Assembly: GCA_039621445.1 (NCBI GenBank)
Contig: CP154954.1
Location: 15,085,805 to 15,149,804 of the forward strand
Length of the DNA: 64,000 bases
From: Euglena gracilis
Taxonomy: Eukaryota
Direction: 5' to 3'
Below, piece after piece: positions 1 through 33,460 of the stretch. The notes beneath the pieces are model-generated. The model worked only from the letters and a program-made list of their open reading frames with translations. It was not told where the DNA came from and ran no database searches. A program made the position numbers and the translations under genes. The first letter of the stretch is position 1. The number at the start of each line of letters is the position of its first letter.

Positions 1-53
1 ATGAAGAGCAAATTGCATCGCTGCTTGCCAGTGACCTCTGTGCCAGCACAACG

Positions 54-5470
<5,417 letters not shown>

Positions 5471-6811
5471 GTGCAAATGTCTGATCTCGGAAAGCACAAA
5501 GACCCGAAACGTCCAATTCTTTTGAAGTACAAAAAAAACACCAAAAAACACCACACAATTTGAACAAGAATTTAGGGTCCGAAAAAACGTGAGCTCTGAT
5601 AGTAAAAAAAATATGTGAACCACAAGGGCCTTCTGACCATGATGATGATAAGGAAGATTGTAGTTAGTTCTCACCATGACGATGGTCGTTAAGTATATTT
5701 TGCTGCCCAACTTGCTAAACAAACATAACCGTGAAGCGTAGCCACTTTGCAGCGTTAAAATTTGCACCGCTTTTTTTTCACGGGTTTTACTTCTGTAAGA
5801 AAGCACATTTTTCCTCCTCGATCGCTTGAGAGATTTGCCTGCAATGGCCTATCCAGTTGCCATTTTGCTTTTGTCTTCGTAGTGGTGCACCCTTTGCTGT
5901 CTTGGCGGTGCCACCCACTGAGTGGTCGTCGTGCAATTTTCCCCCACCCCTCCTCGCTGTACAGCTTCTCTCCCGCTACGACGTCCGATACCACCTACCA
6001 ATGTGATCATCACCCAGTCTCAGATGTCTGTCTCTGATGGTGTACCTCCAAACTAATTGAACTCCCTTTGTGGTGGAAAAAAAACGAAAGTGTTTTTTTC
6101 TATTTTTGGAATTCATGTTTCAATTTTGAGGCATCGCGATGCAAAAATGAACCACATCTCACCGAACCCAGTTCCATTGCAATATCTAACCTTTCCAGAA
6201 ATACTTGTAAAATGCAAGGGAATGTGTGCTTCCCAGGAGGACAGCCTTTCCAAAGATGTGCAAGGACCCGTGGATGCTTCGGATTGCTTAATTTCCGAAG
6301 CTTGATTTTGGTGATGTGTTAATAAATTGCCCTTAAATAGGCACCCTTACACCTTCAATTCCAGAAAATTCCTTTTTTTCGATGCCAAGCGCCCGATTTC
6401 GTCCCAATCAGCCTGATCCCCCTTTTCCAAGCACCCCAAGTTGATCCAACCCTTTTTGACAAGGACCAATGGCCCAAAAATGCAATGAGCACACGTGGGA
6501 TAACAATGTATACCTGCTCATATATGGCATTCGGTGCATACGAGGTTACATATGTGTCACTTGTAAACAATTCATTCTCCTCCCCTTGCATAAATATCAG
6601 AAAATCCCAAAATATGTCTATGTACTGGGGGGGGGGGGCTCTTCTTTTCAGTCGGTCTGCAGGCTGCTGTGTTGTCTTCAGTCTGCAGGCTGCCACTCCT
6701 CCCCTGCCTTTTCAAATTTCCAGGAATCCATACGTATCTTCTTTTCATGTTGATTCATTTCCTCCTTCTGTCATTGAGGAGGCGCCATCCAAAAAAATGC
6801 AAGTCAGTGTT

Positions 6812-6835
6812 CGTTTCTTTTTTTATTTTGCACAG
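6812..6835 (+). promoter_or_regulatory. Polypyrimidine tract + AG just upstream of the LRR start codon; candidate spliced-leader trans-splice acceptor
   Basis: CGTTTCTTTTTTATTTTGCACAG ends 38 nt before the ATG at 6874. Euglenozoa use SL trans-splicing (inference). Confidence 0.5.
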
Positions 6836-6873
6836 CATCTGCCTGCTACCACCCATCCTGCCATCCTGCAGCG

Positions 6874-21553
<14,680 letters not shown>

Positions 21554-22619
21554 CCCCAACCCCCTGAGACTGGCGACACGCGGACGAGGATTTGAGGAGC
21601 AACGTTGCACTTCGTCAAGAACTGATTGTGGTCGTGACCACAGTCTAATTCGTTGCCTTAAAATGACACCTCTGGCTGTGCATTTAGCCTTTCTCAGACC
21701 ATGGCTTGTGCATGGTCGTTGTTCATGTGTTGCCTTGTTTATAAGGTTTTTGTGCTTCGGCCCCGGTGTCCTTTCTTGTCTGATCGGCTCGAGGAGACCA
21801 GTTTCAAGTTCAGCAATTTTGGCTGCGAACGAATCCTCAGACATTTTTTCCATTTTGGCTCAATCACTTTCAGAGCAGGCGGGTTGGATTGGTTGTAAAT
21901 GGCTCAAAAACAGGGACCTTTAGTCACTCAAAGTCTTGGCTGGCTGTCACTCAAAAACGTCGCAAGCAGATTGTCACTCAAAATCCTCGGGGCAGGCTTT
22001 TTCAAAAAGGCTCTAAAATCCAATTGATTGGTAGTTTCTTGGGCAAATAATTCAACAAACAATTTTTCGGAGCAAAACAATTTGGAAAGAAACTGGCAGC
22101 CTTTCGAGAAAAGAACCTTGGGGCATCAACTGCTTGCCAAAGACGCCCCCCTTGACCCCGCAGAGCATTCGGGCTCCGCACTGCGAGATGGTGAGGTCCT
22201 GCTGTCCTTACTCACCATCATCTTACTTGCTCGCCATCTTCTTGTGCTCCGCCCTCTTGGTCCCTTCCTCCCAATTCCTCTGTCGTGGGAGTCCGACTCC
22301 CTCGACCTTGGGGCCCCAACTGCTTGCCAAAGATGCCCCCCTTGACCCCGCACTCCCTCGGGGGGGGTGGGACCAGGGCTCAGCACAAAGACCTTGTGAG
22401 GCCATACCTTGCTCGCCGGTGCGGTGCTGTTTGGATTGCTTCGGCGCGTTGGGTTAGGAGCCCCTGCATAGTCCCGCCTCGCAGGAGTTTGGCTGATAGT
22501 GCTTCCCCGGCGTGGCGCCGTGGCCTCTGTCCCGTGGGGGCGTCCCCCCTCTGACCCCCTGGCCCCATTTTCTTCTGGCCGAGGGCTTTTGATCACAAAT
22601 ACGCGTGGGGGGGGGGCGG

Positions 22620-23066
22620 AGTGTACGTCCAACCCTTTTCCTCGCTTTCGGCCTTTGGTGCGCAAGGTAAAAAGTTGGAGTAACAAAAGGGGAAAAAAAT
22701 AAATAATATAAAAGTTGTAAGCCCTTTTCCCAAATTAAGAGGCCGAGCACAAGGCAGGGGAGAAGCCCTATGGGCTACGACAATGCAAAGTGCCAAGTGA
22801 CTTGGCTGTCCTTTCAGGACTTCAAATGAAAACAAATCAAACTTGAAATTCAAGTAGGACAAAGTGAAAGAACAAAATAGAAAATAGAAAATACCACCTG
22901 TGGTGAGGAGAACCAGAATAAGGATTAGGTATTCCTAATTCAGGCCGTTGGCCATCTTTAGGAATACCACCTAGCATAGTACTGTGTATGGGGCTCAGAG
23001 CTATATCTGGCCGTAGGCTTATACCTACATACACAGTACCATGGCCTTACGGGTGCCTGGTACACA
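22620..23066 (-). repeat. 3' LTR of element A
   Basis: Near-identical to 39568-40015; minus-strand ends TGTGTACC...GGACGTACACT. Confidence 0.95.
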
Positions 23067-23076
23067 TCCCCCTCCC
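23067..23076 (-). promoter_or_regulatory. Polypurine tract of element A
   Basis: Minus strand GGGAGGGGGA immediately before the 3' LTR. Confidence 0.85.
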
Positions 23077-23899
23077 AGGGCTATGCCTGATTTCCCTACT
23101 GGACCAGGCCAGTCGGAATGCCGGACACAGTCCTGGGGACGGGGACCTGTCTCAGAGCCGTATGCGGCTTTTGGTTCTCCTGTCACCAGGGGTGTAGGAA
23201 GGAAGATGCTAAATAACGCAATAACGCGCAAAAGTGGTTAACCGCTTATGCGGTGCCTACTTATTGCGGCAAAGGGGTGGAAGTGGAAGAGCCCATTGGA
23301 AAATGGGGCTGAAGTTTTCCATTCCAGAAAGTCCCATCCACCCAGTTTGGGGTGTGTCTATGACACGCGGGGAGGTCTCATTCCATAATCGGAAAAGATT
23401 GAAGGGTAGGGTGTGGAAGGAGCGGGAACCTGGCCAGTCATATCTGACCAGGGAGAAAGACCTATTTACAAAACCGACTGCCGGCGACAGCGATATTTTG
23501 CCCAGGGGGGTAAAGGAGAGAGGAGTGGGGGGCTGGTCAAAAGACCTTAGATGGAAGTTTTGCTGTCTGGCAGTCTTATGGGGCCTTATAGCCGAAAAGT
23601 AACAAGTTAGGGCTATTATTACGGTGTGCGCGCCGTACGCTGTGTGTCTTCTTACTGGCGGCATATACCGCTGAGGGAAGGCTTCACAGCGCGGCGTGGA
23701 CACGACGTTGTCGATGGGGTATCCCCAGAGGTGTATACCTCGACAGACGGGCGGTAGCCCAAAAGAGAGGGGGTCATATGCTGAATATAAATACATATGG
23801 GCAGATGTGCCTGGGATGGATACCGAATCTAGGGCCTATAGGCCTGAAGGAAAGGTCAGAACAGGGTCCATGGACCTGTGGCCTGTAAGCCTGGGGTAT

Positions 23900-26800
23900 C
23901 TATGGCACAGATGGGCATTTCCTGGGAGTCGGTGGTCTGATCTCCCGAACGTAATCTCCTTCAGGAGTTTCCACTATCTCCAGTATCGGAGGTTCAAAAT
24001 TTACAAGTTGCCTTTCAGGCTCATCGACATCATAATCGGGTGATTCCCAGGTTTGCGTATACCCATCGGGTAATCGTACTCCGAGCCTATTGGCTTCTCG
24101 ATGAAGAAAATTCTGGAGGTTATCCCAGAAGAAAAGTGGCAACATTGCCGGCCAGATCCAAAAATTCAGGCGGGGGTGGTTACACTAAACCTGTGGGGGT
24201 ATCCCCGGGAAGGTGGCAGTATCTGCCTTGCAATGCCAATTTGCGACTCGCGCTCGGATTGTAAAGGGCCTTAAGATTTCTCTTACCCAATCGGTAAATT
24301 CCATCTTATAGGCCTCAGGGGGGTATTCAGGCAACAAAAATGTATAACTTGGTTGGTTTGGCAGGCTTTGTGCCGAGAAAAGTGGGTATATCACCCTGTC
24401 CCAATCGGAGTCTTGAAAAAGATATGGCACTTTGGCCTTCCCTGCTGACTCGACTGCGAGTCGGACAGCTGCGCTGTCAAGTTGAAAATCTTTGGCGATT
24501 CCGCCTGTGCGGTAGCTGTGTACAGCTTTAAACTTCTTGAACTGGTGAAAGTTGATCTGGGACTTATAGTCCCCTTTGAATTTGACCAGATGGTCTTCAT
24601 TTTCTGGTATGACTCTAGTCATACCGCCAGTGGCAGGTAACCAGAAATCTGCCTGTAGGCAGTTGATGCAACAGACAGGTATGTCCTTGTCATAATCATT
24701 TTCCGTCCAGCGGAAAGTGTCCATATTGGACCATGGCAGTAGGCAATTGCCACAAAGCAATGCTGCGCAATTGCGCACATATGCGTCATGGTGGAAGTTT
24801 ATGCTGTCCGGATTGCGTGTGCAGATATGCACTGCGGGCATGTCGTTTCGTAGCATATGGCATGCTGTACATAACCACAATAGTGGATCATTTTCCTGGA
24901 AATCCAGGACGAAATTTCCTCCAAAATATTGGGCAAATACCCTTGGAGATTTTGCGTTCCAAAAACGCCAAGTGTGGCTGGTCGTGAAAATACCGGGTTG
25001 ATCCCGATGGAACAAGGGCTTGATCCACTTGTTCAGCCAGGGGTCACTGCTATTGCGGATCATATTGATCCTAGCCTGGCGAGTGTTGAGGGGGTCTACT
25101 CAGGACAATACGTCCTCAGTCCAAAATGGCTCATTAGCCTCGTGAGGGACATTTGACCGAATCGGTCTGATTGTGGGTTTGTGCTTAGCGCCTTCAGAGG
25201 TTGCAGCCACATAGCTGGCCATTGGTATTGTGGGCCTATGGCCTGTGCCAGAGCCATCTCCACCAGGAGGTGGTGGCTCATCATCCCGCCGCTTTTGAGC
25301 GGGCTTGCAGCCTTCGGCTGAGGGTTTAGCCTTAGGCTTTTTGTGTTTGCCATATCGGCGTTCTTCCCCAGGGTCTGCCGGAGGCAGTGGTCTTTCCGCC
25401 GTTGGCGGTTTCGGGGCTGCCGGCTTGGCAGGAGGTGGTTGCATTTCCGCCGTTGGCGGTGCTGGTGCCTCTGGTTTCGCCACTGGAACATCCAACTCCA
25501 TTGGAGTTGTGACCGCAGCCTGTACGGCTGTTGAGCTGCTATCAGCAGCAGTAACCCTTTGGGTTTCGGGAGGGGATGCGGCAGGTGAGCCGCGAGGGGT
25601 CAGCACTGCCGATACTGCGGACATCGCCGCAGTGACACCCTGTAGCACACCACCTTCCTCCTGAAGGAGATGTCAGCTCAGAATCTGAATCTCCAACATC
25701 CGAGGCCGAACGGCCACCGGTACCTCCGGTACCGCCCCTTTCCTTACCCGCAGTGCCAACGGCATCAACCCCGACAGAACCTGTCGCATCACCAACAATA
25801 CCTACAGGGGGTGTTCTGGAGCCCATTGGGGCTGGTGGAAGAGCTGGATGCTGTGGTTCATCAGCACATATTTCTTCCAAGCCTTCCATGCGGTCTTCAC
25901 CGCTCTCTCCATCACTCTCCTCACTGCCCTCCACCGTTTCAGGTGAAGCAGCAGGGGCTGCTGGCTGTTCCGCTATCGCGGTAGGCACAGTGCCTGTTTG
26001 CGCAGTCGGGCTGGTTGGTACCGCAATAGCGGGCTGGGGCGAGGAGGTAGTCCCTTAGGGACAAAAGGTCTGCTGTAGCCGATAGGCTTGCACCCATGTA
26101 ACGCCGACCACGCCCGAAGACGGGTGGTGGTGTCTCACCAGGAATACCCTGGGTACTGGCGTTGCCGGTTGCGGCTGAGTTGTGACTGATGTTGCCGGTT
26201 GCGGCTGTGTTGAGGATTCCGATGGCGGAACTTCCGGAGCCGGTTGCGGCTTCGGGCGGGGTGCCTTTGGCACCTGTCTTTTCCGTAATCGGAAAAGATC
26301 CCATGGTTTCCGTTCTTCTTCAACCATCCTGTGGTTGAAGCGCAGGAGGGGTAGGGCCATGCCCAACTCGTTCCGTCTGCCGCGTTGGAAAAACAGGCTG
26401 GAACAGCGCTCTATCGAGCGTATCGCCGAATCGGCGTTTGACATAATCGTCAATGCTTTCCTTCTCGAACCGGGGTCTAATGGGGACATAGTCCGGGGGA
26501 ATCTCCCTATCGGGATTGAGATAATAATATATCTCCATGATCTGGCAGGTCCAAGCCCTGAACCAGAACTGCTGCAAATACAGCAGGAGTTGACGGTGGT
26601 TGCGTCGCCCGTTCGAGCTTTGGTGTACATCCTTTTGATTTCGGCAAAGGTGCAGGAGCATGATGCGCTTTGGCGCTGCCTGCGGGACATTGGCCTGTTG
26701 GCCTTCCTCGTCCTGGCCTTCGGCCTGTGGTTGAGTACTGCGTACTCCGAATCCCCAGAAGTCCACTGCAAACTTTTCGTAGCAGTGAGAAAACCGGACG

Positions 26801-29581
26801 ATATCGACCACTTCAAAGTGATAGGCATATTGCCAGTGGTAAAAGACTTGCAGATTGCTGCAGAACATGTTTCCCGCCAATTTGGCGATATTTTCAGGTA
26901 GTGGGTAGAACTCCCACTCCAGGCCTTTTGGGCCCACACTGTGAATGCAGTCGAATAACTGTCGCAGCAGGTCTTTACCTGTATTGTATCGGTCTTCCCG
27001 ACCACAATCCAGGTAAGGATAGCCACAGGAGTTCAAGAATCTGCCGAAATTTTGGGTAGGGTATCCCGCCCAGAACCAAACATGCCAGAAACCCGGCAGA
27101 TTGTCCAATATCGGACTGAGGATGGGATTGCCCTCAAAGGCATATAAAGTTCCATCATGGTGGAAATCACGATTTCGCTCCGTATAGAGCTGTCTGGCCA
27201 CAGTCACGACGGGGGAGGCGACCAGGATTGCAAGGTTAAGTTCATTTTGGAACTTCCACATGGCCTCGAATGCGAGGTCATGAATGCTCTGGATTTGCTC
27301 GAATAGAGCTTCCATGTCGTCCTCATAGACGTTCCGGTATTGGCCTTTCTGGCCTTTGCCTTGGCCTTTTTGGCCTGCGGTAGGTGCTCGTTTGGGAGCA
27401 CTTTTGGCTTTACCCTTGCCCGATTTGGCTTCCCATCGGGCAATCTCTTCCCTAGCTTGTTTCCAAGCATGAGGACAGAGATCGGATGCAAAACGGGGAC
27501 CTAAAAATGCAGGATTCATATCGCTTGTTCGTCCAAGCTATTCCTGTGGGGCATAAGCCAGTTTGGGTGCTGGGTATGCTGCAGGTTGATCCTGCATATC
27601 TGCCACGTTCGAGGGTATCGTCGAAAATTTTCTGTACTCGTGCACGCTCCGCAGCTTCATGCTCGATTGCTGCCCTATGGGCTTTTTGAGCCAGTTCGGC
27701 TCGCTCGAGCTGCTGCTGTGTGGGTTCAGAAACAGGTAGTACCTCGGTTGCGGCCTGTTGGCCTGGAGGTACTGGTGTCTCTTGGGGTGGTGCCACTGGT
27801 GCTGTTACAGGCTGTGGCGCCGTTGGCGCTGCTACAGGCTGTGGCGCGATTGGCGCTGCTGCAGCTGTCGGCGCTGCTGCTTGTGCTGGCACCGGTCTGG
27901 GGGGTTGCGCCATTGGCGCTGGCTTGGCCGGCACGGTAAACGGTACGGGCACGGGAGGGGGTGCGGCCTGTTGACCACCCGATGCCCGACGTTGCTGTGC
28001 AGGGGTAGCCTGTCTGGCTGGGCCTGGGGGTTTTGGTCTCCCCATTCGGGATGACAATTCTGGCCTACCCCGTTTCCCTAGGTCTGCTGGCCTGTATGGC
28101 TGTGTTGCATATCTGCGTTCTGCAGACTGTGGGCCCTGGAGGTGTTCCAGGGATTGGTAGTACTGGATGGCCTGCTGAGGTGATGTGAAGCAGGGTTCTG
28201 GAAGGGGTTCATGTACCGTTGGTACATCCTCTTCCACAGCCATACGGCCTTCGGCCTCGGCCTGCTCCACATCCTCAGCCCAGCATCCAGGTTCCTGAGC
28301 CACCGGCATATCCAGTTGTACGGGTAACTGACTTCCTGCTTCCAGATGGGCTGGATATGGAAATGGCGGTAGTGCCGTTGACGGTTGCGTCGTTGGCTGA
28401 TACGCATATTACGTTGGGGGTTCCCGATATTCGGGTTGTGGTGGTCTTGGCATACGAGGAGGGGACTGGGTATCGCGAAAAATTTGTGATGGCTGCACCA
28501 TTGGTGCTGGGATATCTCCCGCCTCGCTTTCCGCCACTGGGGGGCTATGCACCCGCATATATTCGGTGAATGCACCTGTGTGATGACGGATCCGCGGCAT
28601 CGGCGGTGCCTGGATACCCAGTGTACGCATGCTGACATCAGGGGGATATTCCCCAGGAATGAAGTACACTTTCCCTGTCATCAGAGTTTGGCCACAAGCG
28701 CACCATTGTGCAATAGGCATATTGGCCAGGCCCAAAATCTGACGACAGTGGGTATCCCACATCACTTGTAAGGAGGGGTCTGCTCTTTCGAGTGCGCTAA
28801 CGCGCAGGGCAGTCCGCAGAGTTTTCTCTGCGAGATTCACCAATTCTGCGGTGAATGCGGGGTATGGCACTGTTAGTGCTGGCTGGGGCGTCTCATGCGC
28901 CGCAGGGATCGCATAAGGGGATATACTACTGCTGCTGACCGCGGTCTGAGCCGCAGGCTCCCGACCGGGTTGAGCAGCAGGAGGGAGCATCGCCTGTACG
29001 GCGTGTACCTGGTGCGGGATACCCTGTACGGGTTGTGATTGGGGTTGTGTTTGGGATTGTTGAGTCATAACGTACTGTGGTGTATACAGGATGGGAGGTG
29101 AGGGACCAGGCATGGCGTAATGTGCCTGCTCCATTGGAGGTGCCTGTCCCTGCCTCGCATACTGTTGTTGTTTCATTGGAACTTGGTGTACCTGTTGAGG
29201 GTGTGGTTGTTCCATTGGAACTTGATATGCCTGTTGAGGCTGTGTCGCATATGTAGCTCCCATTGGCACAGAAGCCGAATGAGCGACTGGTGGTGGTTGC
29301 GCCTGAGAGGGGGGCGGCATTTGTGCCTGAGAGGGGGGCGGCATTTGTGCCTGAGACGGGGCTGACATATGTGACTGAGAGGGGTATGGCATTTGTGCCT
29401 GAACCATTTGAGAAGGGGGTGGCATTTGTGCCTGAGCCGCATAAGCGGCTGGAGGGGGTTGATATACTGCATATGCAGGCGCCCCGTGGGCTGGAGGTGC
29501 CGCCGCATAGGCGTGTGGGAGGTAGGGAGGGATGGCATACTGTATAGGGGGCGGTCCTGGGCCGCGCCCTGGGTCTTGCAT
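23900..29581 (-). pseudogene. Extra sense ORF region ('ORF3') of element A, downstream of pol; fragmented; unknown function
   Basis: Segments 29581-28409, 28309-27452, 27519-26320, ~25990-25100, 25063-24185 and 24145-23900 align in order with the element B cassette (AQWCACGQTLMTG; FWHVWFWAGYP; HSVGP; VDFWGFGVR; HTWRFWN..SPRVFAQYFG; WETPS/WESPD). Confidence 0.8.
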
Positions 29582-29707
29582 TGGTCCGGGAACCAAAAGC
29601 AACAAAAAAAGTAGCTTTGATGAGCTGTAGAAAAAAAACAAGGGATAAATGAATTGGGGTTGGGAGAAAAACACAGAGAGGGGAGGGAAAAGGCCTATAG
29701 GCCGATT

Positions 29708-29905
29708 TCAAAAAATATTCACAGAAATGTCTATGTTATTTCTTTTATTACACAGCTTCCAGTCCTGTTGGACATAACCAATAAAACTGGAGGCTGGCTC
29801 CCAGGTGTCCTCCTCTGGCCCATAGCCTTTCCACCTGACCTTCCAGTAATGGACTCCCCGATCAAGTTTGTGATCGAGAATTTTGTCCACCACGAAATCA
29901 TCCGT
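29708..29905 (-). CDS. Chromodomain at the C-terminus of element A integrase
   Basis: VDKILDHKLDRGVHYWKVRWKGYGPEEDTWEPASSF is a typical chromodomain signature. Confidence 0.92.
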   Translation of the reverse strand, partial: TDDFVVDKILDHKLDRGVHYWKVRWKGYGPEEDTWEPASSFIGYVQQDWKLCNKRNNIDISVNIF

Positions 29906-32800
29906 TTCGGGTAACTTGGAACGGGGCTTGAAATAAAGGCACGGTAGTGCTTTGCATAAGGCGGGGAAAGGTATGGTTTGAAATCATCCATGTGAACATC
30001 CTCGATCCCGTTGGGAAGTGCCACCCTATAGCGGCCACTGTTACCAACGCGTTCGAGAATTTCACAGGGCCTGAGCCAGAGGGGGTCTAGCTTGGAAGCT
30101 TGCATACGGATTCGGCTATTCCGAACCCATACGCGATCACCAGCACTATAGCCAGGTGATTTGAATTCTTGCAAAAATTTATTTCTCTTTTGAGAATGGA
30201 TATCAGTAATGCGTTTCTGAACAGTAGTTCTGAGAGACTCTACTTCAGAGAACCATGTCTCACAGGTTACGCTACTTCGAGCTGGTCTCTCTGATGGTAT
30301 ATCACCAATCGCTGGCGGGTCTCGCCCAAAAACAATTTTATATGGGGAGTGCGGCAAAACTAGACCCGGTAGGGTGTTTATATAAAAGAGGGATCATGGC
30401 AAAACCTGGACCCAGGCCTGGCGCCAGTCATCCAGTGAGAGGCGGAGCATATTTACAACAGCCTTCACTGCTGCCTCGGCGCGGCCATTGCCCTTCGGGC
30501 AATATATAATTGAAAAATGCTGTTTGATTCCCAGTAAACCACATAGGGTTGTGAAGAATCGGGGGGAGATCAAATGATCTTGATCACTGACAATCTCATT
30601 CGGCAAGCCCATTAGTCAGATACACTTTTCTATAAATATCTGCGCTAAAATTTGCGCGGTCAACCCTGCCTTTTGGCTTGGAATGGCTACTATGTAACCA
30701 CTCAACCGACAGAAGACAACAAAAAAAGAATCTTAAATTTTGCCGTCTGATCCTTTGCAAGGTTCTAATTCAAGAAAATCCATGCAGAGGGACGTAAAAA
30801 TGTCAGCGGGTACGGGTAAAAAATCAAGCGTACCGGGTGGGTACCTTTGCGCCGTTTCACCGCTTGACAAATTTGGCACCGTTGCGAAATTTGCAAGCAG
30901 CGCGAATGCAAATCTTTTTCTTTCTGGGTTGTACAATACCTGCGACCCACCAGAGAAAGAAGTTTGGGGGCCCCAGGGTGACCTTGGTTGTGATAACACA
31001 AAATTACTTCATCAACCAAGTCACGGGGTATACAATATTTATATCCCGCATCATCGCGGTAAACCAACCGTAAAGGCGAGATAGTACAATTATGTACAAC
31101 CTCGCCATTGCGCAGTCTGTGCACTATCGTGCTATATACAGGGTCATGGGAATAATCTCAATCGCGAAAGAGGAGGGGGGAAGGAGATTCAGATCGCGTA
31201 ATGCGACGGGGACCAGGTGTGCGGCCTCGCCGTCTTCTCCCCCATATAGGACAGACTGGCAACGAACGGAAAATCGATGAAACGGGAAAAGAATCCAACA
31301 TATCGTCGGCTGCGTCATATCGACGTGCACATTCATCAGCCTCTTGGCTGCCATGAAAGGTGGCATCACCTTCATCCAGGTTACCGGGGTAATGCCAGGG
31401 TGCTCGGCTGAGCGGGTCTGCTACTTTCTGTGTATGGCCAGGGTATATACAACCACTAGGTTGAATTGGCTCAAACATTCATGCCATCGGCATCTTCGGC
31501 CTACAGATGACATGGATTTGTTCAGATCCTTGGTATACCAATGTTGAAGACTCTCATTGTCAGTCAACACCAGTATTTGCACCAAGGAGCTGGCGACCCA
31601 ACTACGGAATTTTTTGCAAAATAAGTACGATTGTGTACGTTTCCTTCTCACGGATACTCCACTTGTCATTTGACTTTGCCATCTTCACCTTGTAGCTTTC
31701 TACTGAAAAATGCTACAGGGCGTAATTCGTTAGCCGCGTTATGCTGGATTAGAACACCGCCTGCAGCATAATCGCTGCTATCGACTTCTAGCACATAAGG
31801 CTTGTAGGGATCCTCGATGACGAGTACGACATTTTCAAGCATTAGCTTTTTAATGCTCTCTAGAGCTTCACGCATATCTGCGTCCCATTTAATTTTTGTT
31901 TTTTCGGGTGCGCGATTTTTGAGCTGCCTCGATAGAGGCACCGCGATTTTCGCGAAATCTCTCATGTAAATCGCGTAGTATTGAGCTAATCCCAAAAATC
32001 CTTTCAAACGGGTGATGGTCTTGATGACCTCAGGTGTCCACTTCTTAATGGCCTCTAGTTTGCTAGGCGCCGCTCGGCGTTGGCCATTATTAAGAATGTG
32101 ACCGCAAAACTTTATCGTTTCGCGAAATAAGTCCATTTTAGCTCCTTTGACAAAAAGTCTATGTTTGAGAAATGCGGCTAATACCGCGGAACATCACGAT
32201 AGTGAATGTCGAGAATATTCTCGTGTGTATTCGCTGAATGAGGGGGGGTACCAACCAAAACATCATCAATGTACACCTGCGCAAACGGTAAATCCCGTAA
32301 GACCCATTGGATCATGCGCTGAAACATTGCTGTCCATTCTTAACACCCATTGGCAAAACCGTCCATTGGTAAACACCTTTGGATGTTACAAAAGCCGTAT
32401 AGGCTTGCGAATCGGGATCCAGATGCATTTGGTGGAAACCATCCTCCAGGTCGAAAATTGACCACAAGCGGTTATCCGCTTGTTTTGTGATTAGGTCCTC
32501 AATTAGAGGTAACGGGAAGGGGTCATCCTTATTTTGTGAGTTTAAGTACCGATAATCCAGTACTAGCCTCCACTTTTTCTGACCTGTTGGGTCTGGGGGC
32601 TTAGGAACAACAAAAGCTTGGGAGGTCCATTCACTTTTGGAAGGGATGATCCACTTCCGCTCTATGAGCGTTTCAATCATTTCATTGAGAGCTATCTCTC
32701 TTTCTCCCGAACAACGGAAAAATTTCGGATGCATTGGCTTTGCGCCTTCCTTAAGCTCAATCTTACAAACTCCAAAAGGTCCGTGAATAGCGGGATCTAT
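29906..32800 (-). pseudogene. pol: pol RT / RNase H / integrase of element A (frameshifted)
   Basis: KWRLVLDYRYLN, FDLEDGFHQM, LPMGVKNG, VYIDDVLV (~32263-32274), FLGLAQYY, EVDSSDYAAGGVL, VAFFSRKL, LTDNESL, VADPLSR, H-x3-H..CQIC, LCMDF, IVSDQD, NGRAE, DPLWLRPCEI. Confidence 0.95.
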
Positions 32801-33049
32801 ATCGCAAGCGTAAACAGGGTTCTCCAAAACACCAGAAAATTCGCGACTGATGCGCGTACAAAATTCTGTTGATTTGGGGTGCTGTCCTGCACTTTGAATG
32901 ACAGCGGAAACCTGTTTATGGGTCATATCAACCACAAGGGGGACAGAACGGTGATGCCTATCGGCATTATGGACAAAAGCCGTATCGGCTCCCACATGGT
33001 CGGTATGATCCAACACACTAACATTCAGGGGTGGAGATTGAGAAACATT

Positions 33050-33460
33050 GAAAGCATCAAAGAAACAAACACGAAAAATGTTTTCTTGGAAAGGTGGTAG
33101 TACCACTCCACGGAAATCCTTGAATGGAGAAACATCGTTTGGTAGGTCCCACCAATAAAATGTGACATAAATCAAATTTTGAAACCATTCCGCTTCGGGA
33201 TTCACAGGAACAAGTAATGTGCCTCGCGCTTGATCCTGGAAAATCTTATCTACAACAAGCCGGATAAGTTTTAGGGGGGGATGCATCCATAGGATAGTGT
33301 CTCCCCAAAACTTATGAAAAGCGTCAGAATGTTGCGACCAATGTCGCGGTAATCGCGAATGCGCGTTGGAAGAGAATGCATCAATGTTAAGGTCAACTCA
33401 GAGGAATCCGCCATATCGGCGATTTTTGAAAACCAATGTTTCAAAATTCGATATTTGACC
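33050..33460 (-). CDS. Dam-like DNA N6-adenine methyltransferase domain within pol of element A
   Basis: YRILKHWFSKIA..DLNIDAFSSNAHSRLPRHWSQHSDAFHKFWGDTILWMHPPLKLIRLVVDKIFQDQARGTLLVPVNPEAEWFQNL..WWDLP..FRVCFFD follows the IDxFA..LPR..DAF..W..xPP..I..V..KI..G.L.VP..WF pattern of phage-Dam/DIRS MT domains. In frame with RT. Confidence 0.75.

Noticed and set aside
23900-29581. ORF3 as a retroviral env gene
   Set aside because: The position fits, but I see no signal peptide, furin/fusion segment or transmembrane anchor. The hydrophobic start in the ORF track is the translated polypyrimidine tract upstream of the likely ATG.
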